DNA of 64,000 nt from Carpediemonas membranifera BICM (Eukaryota; Protista; Fornicata), in contig JAHDYR010000024.1 of assembly GCA_019828565.1 (NCBI GenBank), positions 1 to 64,000 of the forward strand, read 5' to 3'. Under the pieces are notes generated by a model. That model searched no databases, was not told the origin of the DNA, and saw nothing but the letters and a program-made list of their open reading frames with translations. Shown piece after piece: positions 23,606 through 34,376 of the stretch. The first letter of the stretch is position 1. Every line of letters starts with the position of its first letter. Made by a program: the position numbers and the translations under genes.

Positions 23606-24887
23606 TTACTCACTGTTCTGGATCACCAATTCGTACGACGAGTAACAGTCGGGACAGAGCCGAATCTTGGGAATCGACTTGCCACAGATGACAATCTTCA
23701 GCAGCTCCATCTGTACGCAGTTGGCAGAGTTACAGAACCAGTGCCCGCACTGCCTACAGTGCACGGCTGAGTCGTTGCGTCGGCATGCGTAACACTTCTT
23801 CTCATTGAGGCAATAGCTACACGTGTATTTCCAGCGACCCTTAGTGGACTCGGCCCAGTTCTTGTTCTTTCCAGTCTTAGGCCGGGGAGGGACACAGCGT
23901 GAGTTGTCGTGGAAGTTCACTTTGCATTCCTGGCAAGTCACAAACTTTGACGTCACGCGATTGTCGATCCAGTCCAGACTGTGGCAATGGCCGCAACAGA
24001 AACAAAGCAGCCTATTCTGAATGTCGAGAATCGAGAAAGAATCATCACCGACCTCAGACACATCGTCATCGTTGTCCCCTTGGCTGGCCAGACGTGCCTC
24101 CACGGTGGCGAGCCTCTGATCGACACTCATCGCGACACGGTGAACATCGTGCAGCACAATCGACTCGCGAGGCGCTTGAGGGGAAGCTGGAGAGGGAACC
24201 GAAGTGGGACCGGACGATGAGTGCAGGAAAGGCTCACTTTTCACGCAAAGCTCTTGCTTCACGTGTGTAAGGGCGGGGGTGGCAGGGTTGGGGATTTCAA
24301 CTGTTCTGCACTTGCCCACAAATCTCTCCGGGTCATTGATATCGGGCACACAGAGATTAAAGTCTCGGGAGTCGAGATTATCTGGCACAGGAATATTGAG
24401 TCTCGACAGGACGGATCTGATCGCGCTGGTTAGCTCCGAACGGACTGGGCGAGGGCTCTTGCAGAGAGCATGGACAACCTTGGGTTTCCCGTCAGATATG
24501 GCCACAGTCACCCCCATCGTCTCAGCCCAATCTCGGACGTTCTTCGCAACAACCCTTCCCATCGAGACGCCAGGTTTCAACTTCAGCTCATCGAGGAAGT
24601 CCGGTGTTTCGGAGCACGGCTGAAGAAACGACACGATGATGTGGTTGAACGCATTTCCGAGCTTTTTTGATGGACAGGCCAGTTGGGTCTGAGTCAAAGA
24701 CGTCAAACGCAAACGTGAAGAAGGCCTTAAGCATGCCCATCATGAGAATTGACCGGCAAGTACTCAAAGCGGTTGTGTTCCACTTCGTCATCGGTCTCGA
24801 TCTCTTAGAAACAGCCTTAACTGCATGATCGTCCGCCATGTTCTCATTTACGGCCGCGCGCTTCGTTTCTAGCTCCGTTTCTGTCAT
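23606..24887 (-). CDS. Double PHD-finger protein (paralog 2)
   Basis: CFCCGHC..W..VTCQECKVNFHDNSRC..YTCSYC then CYAC..CRQC.HWFC..C..LCPDC; the N-terminal ORF 24588-24887 joins via a slip in an A run near 24665. Confidence 0.8.
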
Positions 24888-25077
24888 TCCAGAGTAGATT
24901 TTCTACTAAAAATTGGCATTGTTACAACCAATCATTAACATTAATAGAGAAGGAGAATAAAGACTCACCAGCCCGCGGCCAATCGTGACTCAGGTTCGCA
25001 TCAGACGTCGACAGAGACGAGTTAAACATGAGGCTGGGCAATTGTCTTCTGAGCTAATCCTTAACCTTTCAAAGAGG

Positions 25078-27600
25078 ATGCTAATACCGAAGTGGACGCT
25101 ATTACACGGCACTATTTATGCTCCTCAAGAGGATACTGGCATCAACACCATTCTATGCAGCGTGTACCTTTCCATTGACTCAGATAACGTCAGCACACAT
25201 CGGTTTCGTGTTTCCAAAGCTCCCCAACGCCGTGAGTTCGTCCAGGTTGTTCAAGAGTTGCTCAGTGCAGGATATATATGTCGCCAGGATGTTTCAAAGC
25301 AGCTGTACCCCTCTCCGACTGCCACATCTATCGCTGCGGAGAAGAGGAATCACACGACTTACCCAAGAGCCTACGTGAAGCATACATCCGCAGTTGACAC
25401 TCTCGCAGCCGAGAATGAGTGTCTACGGAAGCGTCTGGCCGACACGGAGCGCCTGATTCAACTAACGAACCAGCTCAAGTCCATCACAAACGGATACAAT
25501 GCCGTTAACGACGAGATCCGCATAATGAACTCTCTTGCAGGTAGGCTTAACCTTGATATTGTGCGGATATCTCCTGTTACCTCGAAGATCAAGTCTCTCG
25601 CGTGTAATATCCAGAATATGGAGGAGATAGAATCACTTCTCCAATCTGACACCGCTTGGAGGAGATTTATCCGCAGTCACGTTCCCGCCAACATTCAGCA
25701 CAGGGTAACGGCGAGAAGGTCTGATCAGGCCAATCAGGAATATGAGCTCGACCTCATCACCCATGTCGAAGCTCCTCTTGATGTTGTACGATCATCTATT
25801 CAGGGCGACTCGGCCCATGCAGAGCACGTTGCAGGAAAGATCGTCGTCTTCTATGACTCAGAGCAGGACCGTGAGACTCACTATAGCATCATGAAAGAGC
25901 AAGGCCTCACCCCTCGGATGCAGACGAGTGCAAGATATACCCATGTATATCATGCATCATTTGATATCATGGAGTATTATCGCCAAGCGGTTGCATTCCC
26001 CGTATCGCTGGAGACGTCACGATCCGGGCGCAAGAGTGCAGCTCGGACATTAAGACGACAGAGTCATTCCGCTGAGACGGGGACGATCCCACTCGTGTTA
26101 GAGGTGTGGGTCGATGCGTGGAGAGGGCTGACAACCGCTGTTAAGATTCGTTTCCTCGACGACTCCCACAAAGTCTTTCCGTCTGGTGCGACTCCTCCTT
26201 TCCGGATTCTTGAATACAACGGCCCAGAAAGTCTCATCACTGAGCATTTTGCCTTCATTGAACAGTCCATCGAGAGCACACACCGCGAGGTGCTGGAAGT
26301 CAGGAACACGGGTCTCCTCTGCCGAGTAACGCGTGTCTTTATTATCGCTGACCATCCAGCCATGTCCAAGGTTTGCGGGGCACTCATTGGAGGCAATTAC
26401 CCCTCGCCATTCAGTCCCGTTCATTCGAAGAACAAGGGCTGGAGTCCCTTTGGTCGCACCCCGCGCTGCACCTTGGCAGATATCCTGCTGGCGAAGCATA
26501 AGTCACAGTTCGACACTATTATGGACAGAGAGGCCAAATGGGGATCCTTCTATAACCATCAGAAGAAGTGCATCGCTCCCACTTTGTTTGAGACGTCGAC
26601 TGCGTCGCTGCCCAGAGACTGCGTCTTCTTATTCCCTCCAATCATGCATGTCAGTCATGACTTTGTGTCGTTGATTCATGCCATGTGCCGCATGTTCAAG
26701 CCAGAGCCAATTGACCCAGAGAGCGACCCTCGTCAAATTAAGAAGGTGAAGGCAAGGAACGCGATGCTAGCGAATCTGGCGTCGTTTGAGCCACCCAGCC
26801 GTACGACGGGCTGCAACGAGCAAGTCAAGGGGAGAAAGATGATAGCATCGATTGGACTTAAGCTGCATCGTGCGTTCCCGCCACCCGTGCAGTCATTATT
26901 CATACTCGCTGCATATCTCCAGGAGCACTACTATTCCCACGAGGATGTAACTGAGAACATGGTCGTGTGGCATCGCTTGACAGCACTTCTCGTGCACCTC
27001 TTCTCTGTGACCATGTGTCTTAGCACATCTAACACGGTTGCCCCAGACATTCCGATCCGTCAACCATCTGCGACTCCCGATACGGCGCCGTGTGTTGATA
27101 CACTTCACGGATTGGCGCGTATTGCCGCGCTGCCGGAGATACAAGCGAAGACTCGGGCCTCCTTTGGTCGAGTCATCGAAGAGTGCTTTGAACGTGATTT
27201 CATTGGGAATCAGGAGAGTCGAGTGCGATTGCGTCAGAACCAGACGGTTCTTGAGAGCACTATTCTGAAGGAGCAGGTTGAGTTGCTGTTCAGATGCCTT
27301 CGTGGAGTGATTTCCTACGGAAGACGCGAAACAGATGTCCCACCCCAGTCACCCCTGAAACATATGCGCATTCATAAGTGTTGTAAGGATGCCAATTGGT
27401 GGCTTCGTATCCGGAGTGTGCATTCTAAGACGCTGACAGCGACTGAGTGCCAAAAGCTGCACATGGTGTTTACGAAGGAAGTCAACGGCCTATGGCGCAC
27501 TGTCTTGTCGAAAGCAGACTGTAGCTTTGACTCAGACTGGCTGGATGTTCCCATTCACGAGCAGGGACACACTCTTGATGTTTGCATATGCAAGAGATAG
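25078..27600 (+). CDS. DDE transposase, CMC (Chapaev/Mirage/CACTA)/Transib-like
   Basis: Intact ~840-aa ORF; LEVWVD (first D), VFIIADHPAMSKVCG..GGNYP (second D), FPPIMH and IEECFERDF (E) resemble motifs of this RNase H-fold group. Family assigned by eye only. Confidence 0.65.
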   Translation: MLIPKWTLLHGTIYAPQEDTGINTILCSVYLSIDSDNVSTHRFRVSKAPQRREFVQVVQELLSAGYICRQDVSKQLYPSPTATSIAAEKRNHTTYPRAYVKHTSAVDTLAAENECLRKRLADTERLIQLTNQLKSITNGYNAVNDEIRIMNSLAGRLNLDIVRISPVTSKIKSLACNIQNMEEIESLLQSDTAWRRFIRSHVPANIQHRVTARRSDQANQEYELDLITHVEAPLDVVRSSIQGDSAHAEHVAGKIVVFYDSEQDRETHYSIMKEQGLTPRMQTSARYTHVYHASFDIMEYYRQAVAFPVSLETSRSGRKSAARTLRRQSHSAETGTIPLVLEVWVDAWRGLTTAVKIRFLDDSHKVFPSGATPPFRILEYNGPESLITEHFAFIEQSIESTHREVLEVRNTGLLCRVTRVFIIADHPAMSKVCGALIGGNYPSPFSPVHSKNKGWSPFGRTPRCTLADILLAKHKSQFDTIMDREAKWGSFYNHQKKCIAPTLFETSTASLPRDCVFLFPPIMHVSHDFVSLIHAMCRMFKPEPIDPESDPRQIKKVKARNAMLANLASFEPPSRTTGCNEQVKGRKMIASIGLKLHRAFPPPVQSLFILAAYLQEHYYSHEDVTENMVVWHRLTALLVHLFSVTMCLSTSNTVAPDIPIRQPSATPDTAPCVDTLHGLARIAALPEIQAKTRASFGRVIEECFERDFIGNQESRVRLRQNQTVLESTILKEQVELLFRCLRGVISYGRRETDVPPQSPLKHMRIHKCCKDANWWLRIRSVHSKTLTATECQKLHMVFTKEVNGLWRTVLSKADCSFDSDWLDVPIHEQGHTLDVCICKR

Positions 27601-28672
27601 TAAAGATCGGATTTAGTCTCGCGGTCAATCTCACGTGGCCCAGAGCAGCGTGCTCCTGGAATCAACAGGGCATAAAACACCCTGCGTATTCCGGTAGCAC
27701 ACCGTTCTGACTCACGTCCGTCTCTGGTTGTCGTACAGGTCTATTTACGTGTTTGGCGATGGCGCTCCTGACATAAGCTTAATGGCGTGTCGTGGCTGTC
27801 AGTATGCTGCAAATGTCTCAGCGAGAAAGGAGTCACCAATCGCGTTCAGCTTACTTGTTTCTCGCCTGATACTGCTCGTAATATCGTTCAAGCGTGAATC
27901 TATGAAGTAATGGGACTGAATGGCCTCTATTGCGTCAATTTCCTGCGTAATCGTTGTTGAATGGTCTAGAATAGATGTTGCAGCTACTTCCAGCTCATGT
28001 TGCATGCTAAATGCTGTGTTTTGGACAATTGGTCGTGTTCAGGCAGAATTTTTTCGTGCAAAGTGCAGGCTAATACCCGTCCTTAAACTGTGGGATCAGC
28101 CGCTGGGTAAATATACTGAGAAAAAACCATATAGCTGAGTTCACTGTCTTGTGCTGAATACGGTGGCGCCATTTATTTCTCTGAATCGTCAAGTTTTGTC
28201 AGCGTTGACCGCGCAAGACCGGTCGTCCTTACGCGATGTCACCAACACCATCATATTCTTCCCCCTGACATTCTACGTGTCCCCCAGTCTGGATTCGTGG
28301 TCTGCAATATTCACAGAGATATTCGCCTTCTCTTTCGCGAATTTGACTCTGATCAAGTCGAAAAACGAAAAAACGACCATATCTCGAAATCTACACGTTG
28401 GAATCGGTACCAGAGTGATTTTGCGCATATGTACATCCCGTCAGCAGTCTGCAAAATCACTCTCGTACCGATTCCAACGTGTCAATTTTGAGATATTGCT
28501 CGTTTCATCCTTTTGCCTTAACCTGCGTCGCAAAGAAGTCGAAATCAGTGGTTAGACCGCACTGGACCTCTTGCAGGCTCTCTGCATACGCGCTTTAGTA
28601 TGCAATGAAGGTATTCATTTTCCCGTAAATTGTTTAAATTCAATGAATACTTCATTTTCGGTCCGGAAGAAA

Positions 28673-28708
28673 TAGATAATCTAGGGTTTTTAGGCCCTAG
28701 ATTATCTA
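28673..28708. promoter_or_regulatory. 14-8-14 inverted-repeat site
   Basis: TAGATAATCTAGGG-TTTTTAGG-CCCTAGATTATCTA, with a partial third arm TAGATTATCT at 28719-28728. Function unknown. Confidence 0.6.
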
Positions 28709-29029
28709 GAAAAAATCGTAGATTATCTGCCGACTTTCACAGTATGTCCGCGTCCCTATCGACGATATCCCCGACGGCGACCTCTTCGACACTATCGCGA
28801 CCGAGTTCTTCAAGTTTCATACACAAGTTGAAGCTTACCAGTCTATCCAGCGCCTCCGCCTGCGCTCCCTCGAGCCGCCGGCCTGTCAGGGTCCTACCCA
28901 TTGTTTACATAGTTGATATATTTATTATTGCCATATTTACCACAGCAGGGTCAAACCCTCTCTTCTTTGCTTTTACTAAAAGTTCTTCTAAGTCTTGACA
29001 GACCACAATACTAGTATTCCCCTTTCATC

Positions 29030-29890
29030 ATGACATTTAAGAACAAAGAAAAAGCGGTTCCCCCGCTATTCCGCGACCCTTCAATGAAGGCGTTGCTTGA
29101 TTTTTACCTTCACCTCCAAACGTACCGTTCCCTCGGCGGTAAGGCCGATATCTCCGAACTCGTCGATCCATCTATCGCTGACTATGTCTCGCAATGCATC
29201 GACGAGGCCGGTAACTCCGAAGACGATGATTACGTACCGTTACTGATGGCAACTACCGAGCGCCGCCGTCAAAAGCGCAACTTCAGCGATCTACGAATCC
29301 TCAAGCGCCTAGGCAGCGTACTGCGTCCCAGCAGATCCACCGCTCAGCTCGATCTTTTCCGTCTACGCGCCAAGACCTTCGACCCCGTCGAGGTCAATAA
29401 CGTCAATCGGAAGTTCAAGGCGCTCCAGCTGTTAGTCAATCCAGATGTACCTGAGGATGTGCTCAAAGAGACGTACTGCAGATGCTTCCGCGTGCAAGGA
29501 TCCAACACGATCATGTACAAGGTCAAGGAGCTCGCAGAAGGCCTCGACATCCCCTCGATCATGCCGAAAGTCATGGCAATGTCACGCGACCAACAGGAGT
29601 CGCAAGAGATGGTGAACTCCTTCTCCCCCGCTGCTGCCCGTCCCAGAGCTCCACATGTTCACGAGCGCGAGCCACGCAGTGACCACCAAGATCCTCGGAG
29701 CGCCACGAACGCCAAGGTTCGAAGCCCATAGTGAAGCCCAACCGTCAGAACAAGCCCAAGAAGCAGTACGTGTGCTACAACTGCGGTAAGCCCGGGCATC
29801 CGTCTTTCAAGTGCGCTGAGCCGAAGGCATTCTGCCCTAAGTGCCATTAAGTCAGGACACCTGGCCGATTACTGCCCTACCAAGAAGGGA
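29030..29890 (+). CDS. gag: Gag (Gypsy A), interrupted by stops/frameshift
   Basis: ORF 29030-29731 followed by CYNCGKPGHPSFKC and CPKCHxSGHLADYC. Confidence 0.8.
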
Positions 29891-29906
29891 GTAAATCAGC
29901 GTCGGT

Positions 29907-32080
29907 GTGTTCATTCTGTTTCGGATTCAAAATTCGCGCGCCTACGTGATAGACACTGCGTTCGACATCATCATCGGATTTCCTCAGATGGTAAGTCTCG
30001 GACTCTTGCCAAGCGCCATTCCCAGCTCCTCCGACCCGACTGAGGACTCTAGTGAGACCCCACCGGCCACGAAATACATCGCACAAGCCATGTCCGAGCT
30101 GTCCCAAGAGGCACGCGACCGACAGTCGTCTATACTTCGACGATACGCCTCCAACTTCAAAGAGCGTGATGCGCCTAGCCTACTAGACCCCTACGACCTG
30201 GTGATCAAGGGAAACAAGGTCGTGAACGTCCGTCCATACTTCGTGCCTCCTCCTAAGGTCCCCATCGTTAAGGAGCACGTTGACACCTTGCTTGCAAAAG
30301 GCTTCATAGAGGCCTGTCAGTCTGAGTATTCTAGCCCGACGATCGTTGTCCCCAAGAAGGGTGAGAAGACGCGGTTCGTGGTCGATTTCCGGGAAATTAA
30401 CTCCTTGACCGAGCCGTTTGACTATCCGATTCCTCGCATTGACGAGATCTTGGCACAATTGAGTCGCAAGAGGATCTTCGCCACTCTTGACCTTGCAGCA
30501 GGTTACCACCAAATCGCGCTAACCGAGCGTTGTCGCCACCTAACGGCCTTCCGAACTGTCTTCGGACAGTATCAGTACACTCGCATGCCGTTTGGCCTGC
30601 GGAACGCTGGGGCTTATTTCCAGCGCGCGATGGAGACTGCGTTCGAGGGTCTGGTCGGAGCTTCCTGCATTATCTATATTGATGACATTATTGTAATGGG
30701 AGACTCTGAGGCAGAGTATCTGGATAACCTAGAGCGAGTGATGGCCCGAGTCGAAAAGATGAGACTCCACCTGGGTCGGGATAAGTGCCAGTTCGACTGT
30801 GCCGAAGTTGAATTCTTGGGGTGGATCATCCACAATGGTACGGTTCGCATTTCGCCTCAGCGTGTTGAAGATATAGCACAGTTGAAAGTCCCGAAGTCCA
30901 CAAGAGGGTTCCAGGCCCTTCACGGGTTCCTGAACTACTTCCGCGATCATATCCCTTTCTTCGCCGAGCGAGTCAAGCCTATAACGGATGCAATGTCCGG
31001 TAAGACGAGTTCTACAAGCGCTGACGTCTCCAAAGCACTAGAAGACGCGAAAGCCGCCCTCTGCTCCGCGGATGCACTCGCGATCTTCGACGCCACGCGT
31101 CCACACGTTGTTATGACTGACGCTTCCGCCGTGGGATACGGAGCGGTTCTCCTCCAAGACGGCAAGCCCGTCTGCTATCTATCGAAGGCATTTAATGATG
31201 TACAGTCGCGGTGGAGTGTTGGTGAAAAGAGGCGTACGCCATTGTGTCCGCGCTCCAGGCCTGGCGCAAGTTCTTGTGCTGGGAGCGCTTCGAGATCAAG
31301 ACCGACCACCGTAACTTGCTCTATATGTATAAGTCGGTCAACGCTAAGGTCAGGCGCTGGGCCGATTCTATCGCCGATCTCGATTTCACTATCTCCCACG
31401 TTCCCGGCCTCGATAACGGTGCCGCTGACGGTTTGTCTAGGGTGTTTGCCATGGCCAAGAAGACAGCAACGACCGAACAGATTCACCAAGCTCACTTGTT
31501 CGCCGACGTCCACCTGTCGAGACGTCTTACGATCGAGCGCCTCCGTGGCCAAGGACTGTCAGTCTCACGCGATGCAGTTGATAGGGTCGTATCCGACTGT
31601 CCGATCTGCCAAGTCCTCGATCGGCCGCCGGTCGACCAACCCGACGGTCTCCACACAGCTGTTGACACCCCACTACAACGCGTGGCAATCGACACGATGG
31701 GTCCTTTGCCGTCCTGTGACGGGTACTCGTATATTACCGTCATGGTAGATATGTGCTCTCGCTGGACTGAATTAGTCCCTGCCAAGAGCAACTCCGGAAA
31801 AGAAGCAGCCGAGGCCTTTATCAATACCTGGGTCCTAAGATATGGAGCGCCGCAAGTACTCCAGTCAGACGGCGGATCTGAGTTTCACAATGGCCTATTC
31901 CGACGACTATCGCAAGAGGTGGGGTTCCAGCAGCATATCACCACCGCGTACCATCCTCAGGCCAATGGGATGGTGGAAAGAGCGAACCAACAAGTCGAGA
32001 GGATCCTTAAGGCCCGTAAGTTCCAGTTAAGAAACCCCAACTGGCTCACACACCTGCCAGTCGCAAGATTCATTGCTTCC
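29907..32080 (+). CDS. pol: Pol (Gypsy A): partial PR, RT, RH, truncated INT
   Basis: ORFs 29907-31748 and 31244 onward, joined by a missing A near 31228. Confidence 0.9.
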
Positions 32081-34290
32081 AAGACGGTCATTGGAGCGAC
32101 TTCCATCGACTATTTGGGCTGGCGAGTAGACAAGGACGGTAAGCGGATCTCCCCCGACCGTCTGGAGGCCATCCATGATCTCAAGGAGCCGACTAGTCTG
32201 ACGGACGCCCGAGCCTTGCTCGGGTTCGCGAACTACTTTCGAGCACTCATTGAGCGTTACGTCGATATGACTGAACCCATCACCGAGCTCACCCGAGCCG
32301 CCGAAAAGTTCGTTTGGGGCGACCGACAACATGACGCGTTTGAGCAGATTAAGCGAGAGCTTCTACTGCAGCGCACGCTGGTCCACCCCTGTCCCGACGA
32401 ACATCTCCACATTTTTACGGACGCATCAGACTACGGCATTGGTGGCGTGCTGATGAACGCGGTGTTTAAGCCCATCGCGTTCTTCGCCAAGACGCTCACG
32501 CCCCAACAGCGCCGTTGGTCTACGATAGAGAAAGAGTGCTACGCTCTGTACTTCGGTACTACCAAGTTCAGAGCGCTATCTCGCTGGACGAGACTTCACA
32601 GCTCATCTAGATCACCGTAACTTGGTCTACATGGACCGTTCCTTGAATTCCAAGGTGATTAGGTGGAGCCTCGCGCTGTCTGAGTACTCATTCGACATCG
32701 TACACGTTCCAGGTTCCGACAACTCTGTAGCGGACACCCTGTCCCGCCTCGTTCACCTGGACGAGACCTCCGTCGAACCTTCCCCTCCACCCGAGGCGCA
32801 TCGGGAATCCTTCCAAGAAGCACATGGCGGAGATGCTGGTCACCTTGGCCGTGATGCCACCTGCAAACGCATCATAGCCGCCGACAAGGGCTGGCCTGGC
32901 ATGCGCCGGGACGTTACTGCCTGGATAAGACAGTGCCCTGTTTGCCAGTTGACACGCCTCAAGCTTTCACCGTTTCCCCAAGCGACCCATCCCATGACCG
33001 GCAGCCGACCCTTCGAAGTAGTGGAGGCCGACACCATTGGTCCCCTCTCACTGCCCGGGCAACACCGCTACGCGGTTGTGATTATCGACACGTTTACTAG
33101 ACTCACCCAAGCCTACCCCACGAAGAGCACGGACGCTGTATCTGCACGTTCGGCTTTATCGACATGGATGAAACACTATGGCTCCCCGACATGCTTGATT
33201 ACCGATGGTGGCTCACAGTACCATAACAGAACCATCAGAGAATTTTGCCAAGACCACGGTATAAGACACGAGATCGGTACGCCTTATCATCCTGCGGGAC
33301 AGGGTGCTGTTGAAAGAGCGAACAAAGAGGTGAAGAGACACCTACGCGCCTGGATTCTCGAACATGACGACGACTGGGAGGACGCCTTACCACGAATCAC
33401 GAATATAATCAACAACGCACCTCTAACCGCCTCCAACCTGTCGCCGTACGAAGTCCTATACGCCAGGGACGTCCACGAACCGACTAGACAACCTTCCCTC
33501 ACCGTCGACCACTTCCGTACCACCCTACGCTGTTTACAGAGCAGAAAACGCGCTGTCGGTGGCCAAACTCCAGCGCAGAGCCATCCAGCGAGTCATCTCC
33601 TTGGATCCGCCGCCATGATCCAGCGCAAAACTGCCATAGGCATCGTACCCCGGGGCCCGGTCCGGGTCATCTCCACCAATCCCGACCGCCCCAACACCTA
33701 CGTCGTTCAAGACCTCACCACTGACCACCGCCTGACAGTACATGCCTCTGAGCTTTACCAGTTCGAGGGCAGCTACACTGACGCTGAGCTCAAACACTGG
33801 GCAGCCCGCAACGAAGGAGAGTACGTGGTTAGGAAGGTTGCTGACCATCGCCGACAAGCGGGCAACCTTCAGTTCCTCCTCTTGTGGGAGGGTTACGATG
33901 ACGACGAAGGCACATGGACCGATTACAGCCGCGAAATCGATGGATTAGCTGCCCTGGACGCATACATTAATGAGCATCCGAGATTGAAGCTTCCATCGCT
34001 CAGGAAGGGACGCCACGCCGGTAAATCCCCCTGAGACGTGTGCTGTTGATGTTGTTTGATGAAGAAAGAAGAGAAGAAGAGGAAAAGTGATTGCAATCAC
34101 GAGGATAATGATAATGAACGCAAATGATCACCTAAGAGAGAGAGAGCGCGTGAACTCGCCGAAACGAACTAATGAGAAGCGATGAAACTGAAGAAGCGAG
34201 ACAGAAGCGCGAAAGAGACAGAAATGGAGAAGAATGAAGTATAGAGCGTGAAGAAGATCATAGTTACGTACCAATCCGTCGTCACTGGCA
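32081..34290 (+). mobile_element. Ty3/Gypsy element B (chromodomain), 5'-truncated
   Basis: RT thumb (IDYLGW), RNase H (TDASDYGIG), integrase (ADTIGP, ITDGGSQY, GAVER) and chromodomain (EYVVRKVADHR..FLLLWEGY) ending at 34034; the purine-rich 3' segment may be the LTR. Confidence 0.85.
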
Positions 34291-34376
34291 ACTTAGACGC
34301 AATGACTCATTTTGTGCCAAATCTGACAAAAAGGACCAAATTTCCGAAGATCGCAAAAGGAATTTAGATTAGGTCT

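Larger units (their letters stand above)
1..28740. mobile_element. Putative giant DNA transposon block (one or two related elements) with chromatin-modifier cargo; ends not resolved
   Basis: Paralogous DDE transposase genes at both ends; duplicated cargo (PHD x2, kinase x2, OTU x2, coiled-coil x2); no recognisable housekeeping genes. No TIR/TSD pair found in the window. Confidence 0.6.
28745..32080 (+). mobile_element. Ty3/Gypsy element A, 3'-truncated (putative 5' LTR 28745-29007)
   Basis: gag from 29030 with two CCHC knuckles (~29770-29880), partial protease, RT (LDLAAGYHQ, MPFGL, YIDD), RNase H (TDAS) and integrase (HHCC, IDTMGP, QSDGGSEF, NGMVER). Confidence 0.9.

Noticed and set aside
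1-28740. Endogenous giant virus, Polinton or virophage
   Set aside because: No capsid, packaging ATPase, DNA polymerase or primase recognised; the genes have introns and a DDE transposase is present.
28738-28744. RAG/Transib heptamer-like CACAGTA
   Set aside because: One mismatch, wrong orientation for a right end of the block, and no partner; likely chance.
34035-34290. 3' LTR matching the Gypsy A 5' LTR
   Set aside because: No similarity to 28745-29007 and no TSD; it belongs to a different element and its boundaries cannot be set.
34291-34376. Displaced right end of the giant DNA element
   Set aside because: Only weak resemblance to 13906-13940 and to the TAGATTA motif; not enough evidence.
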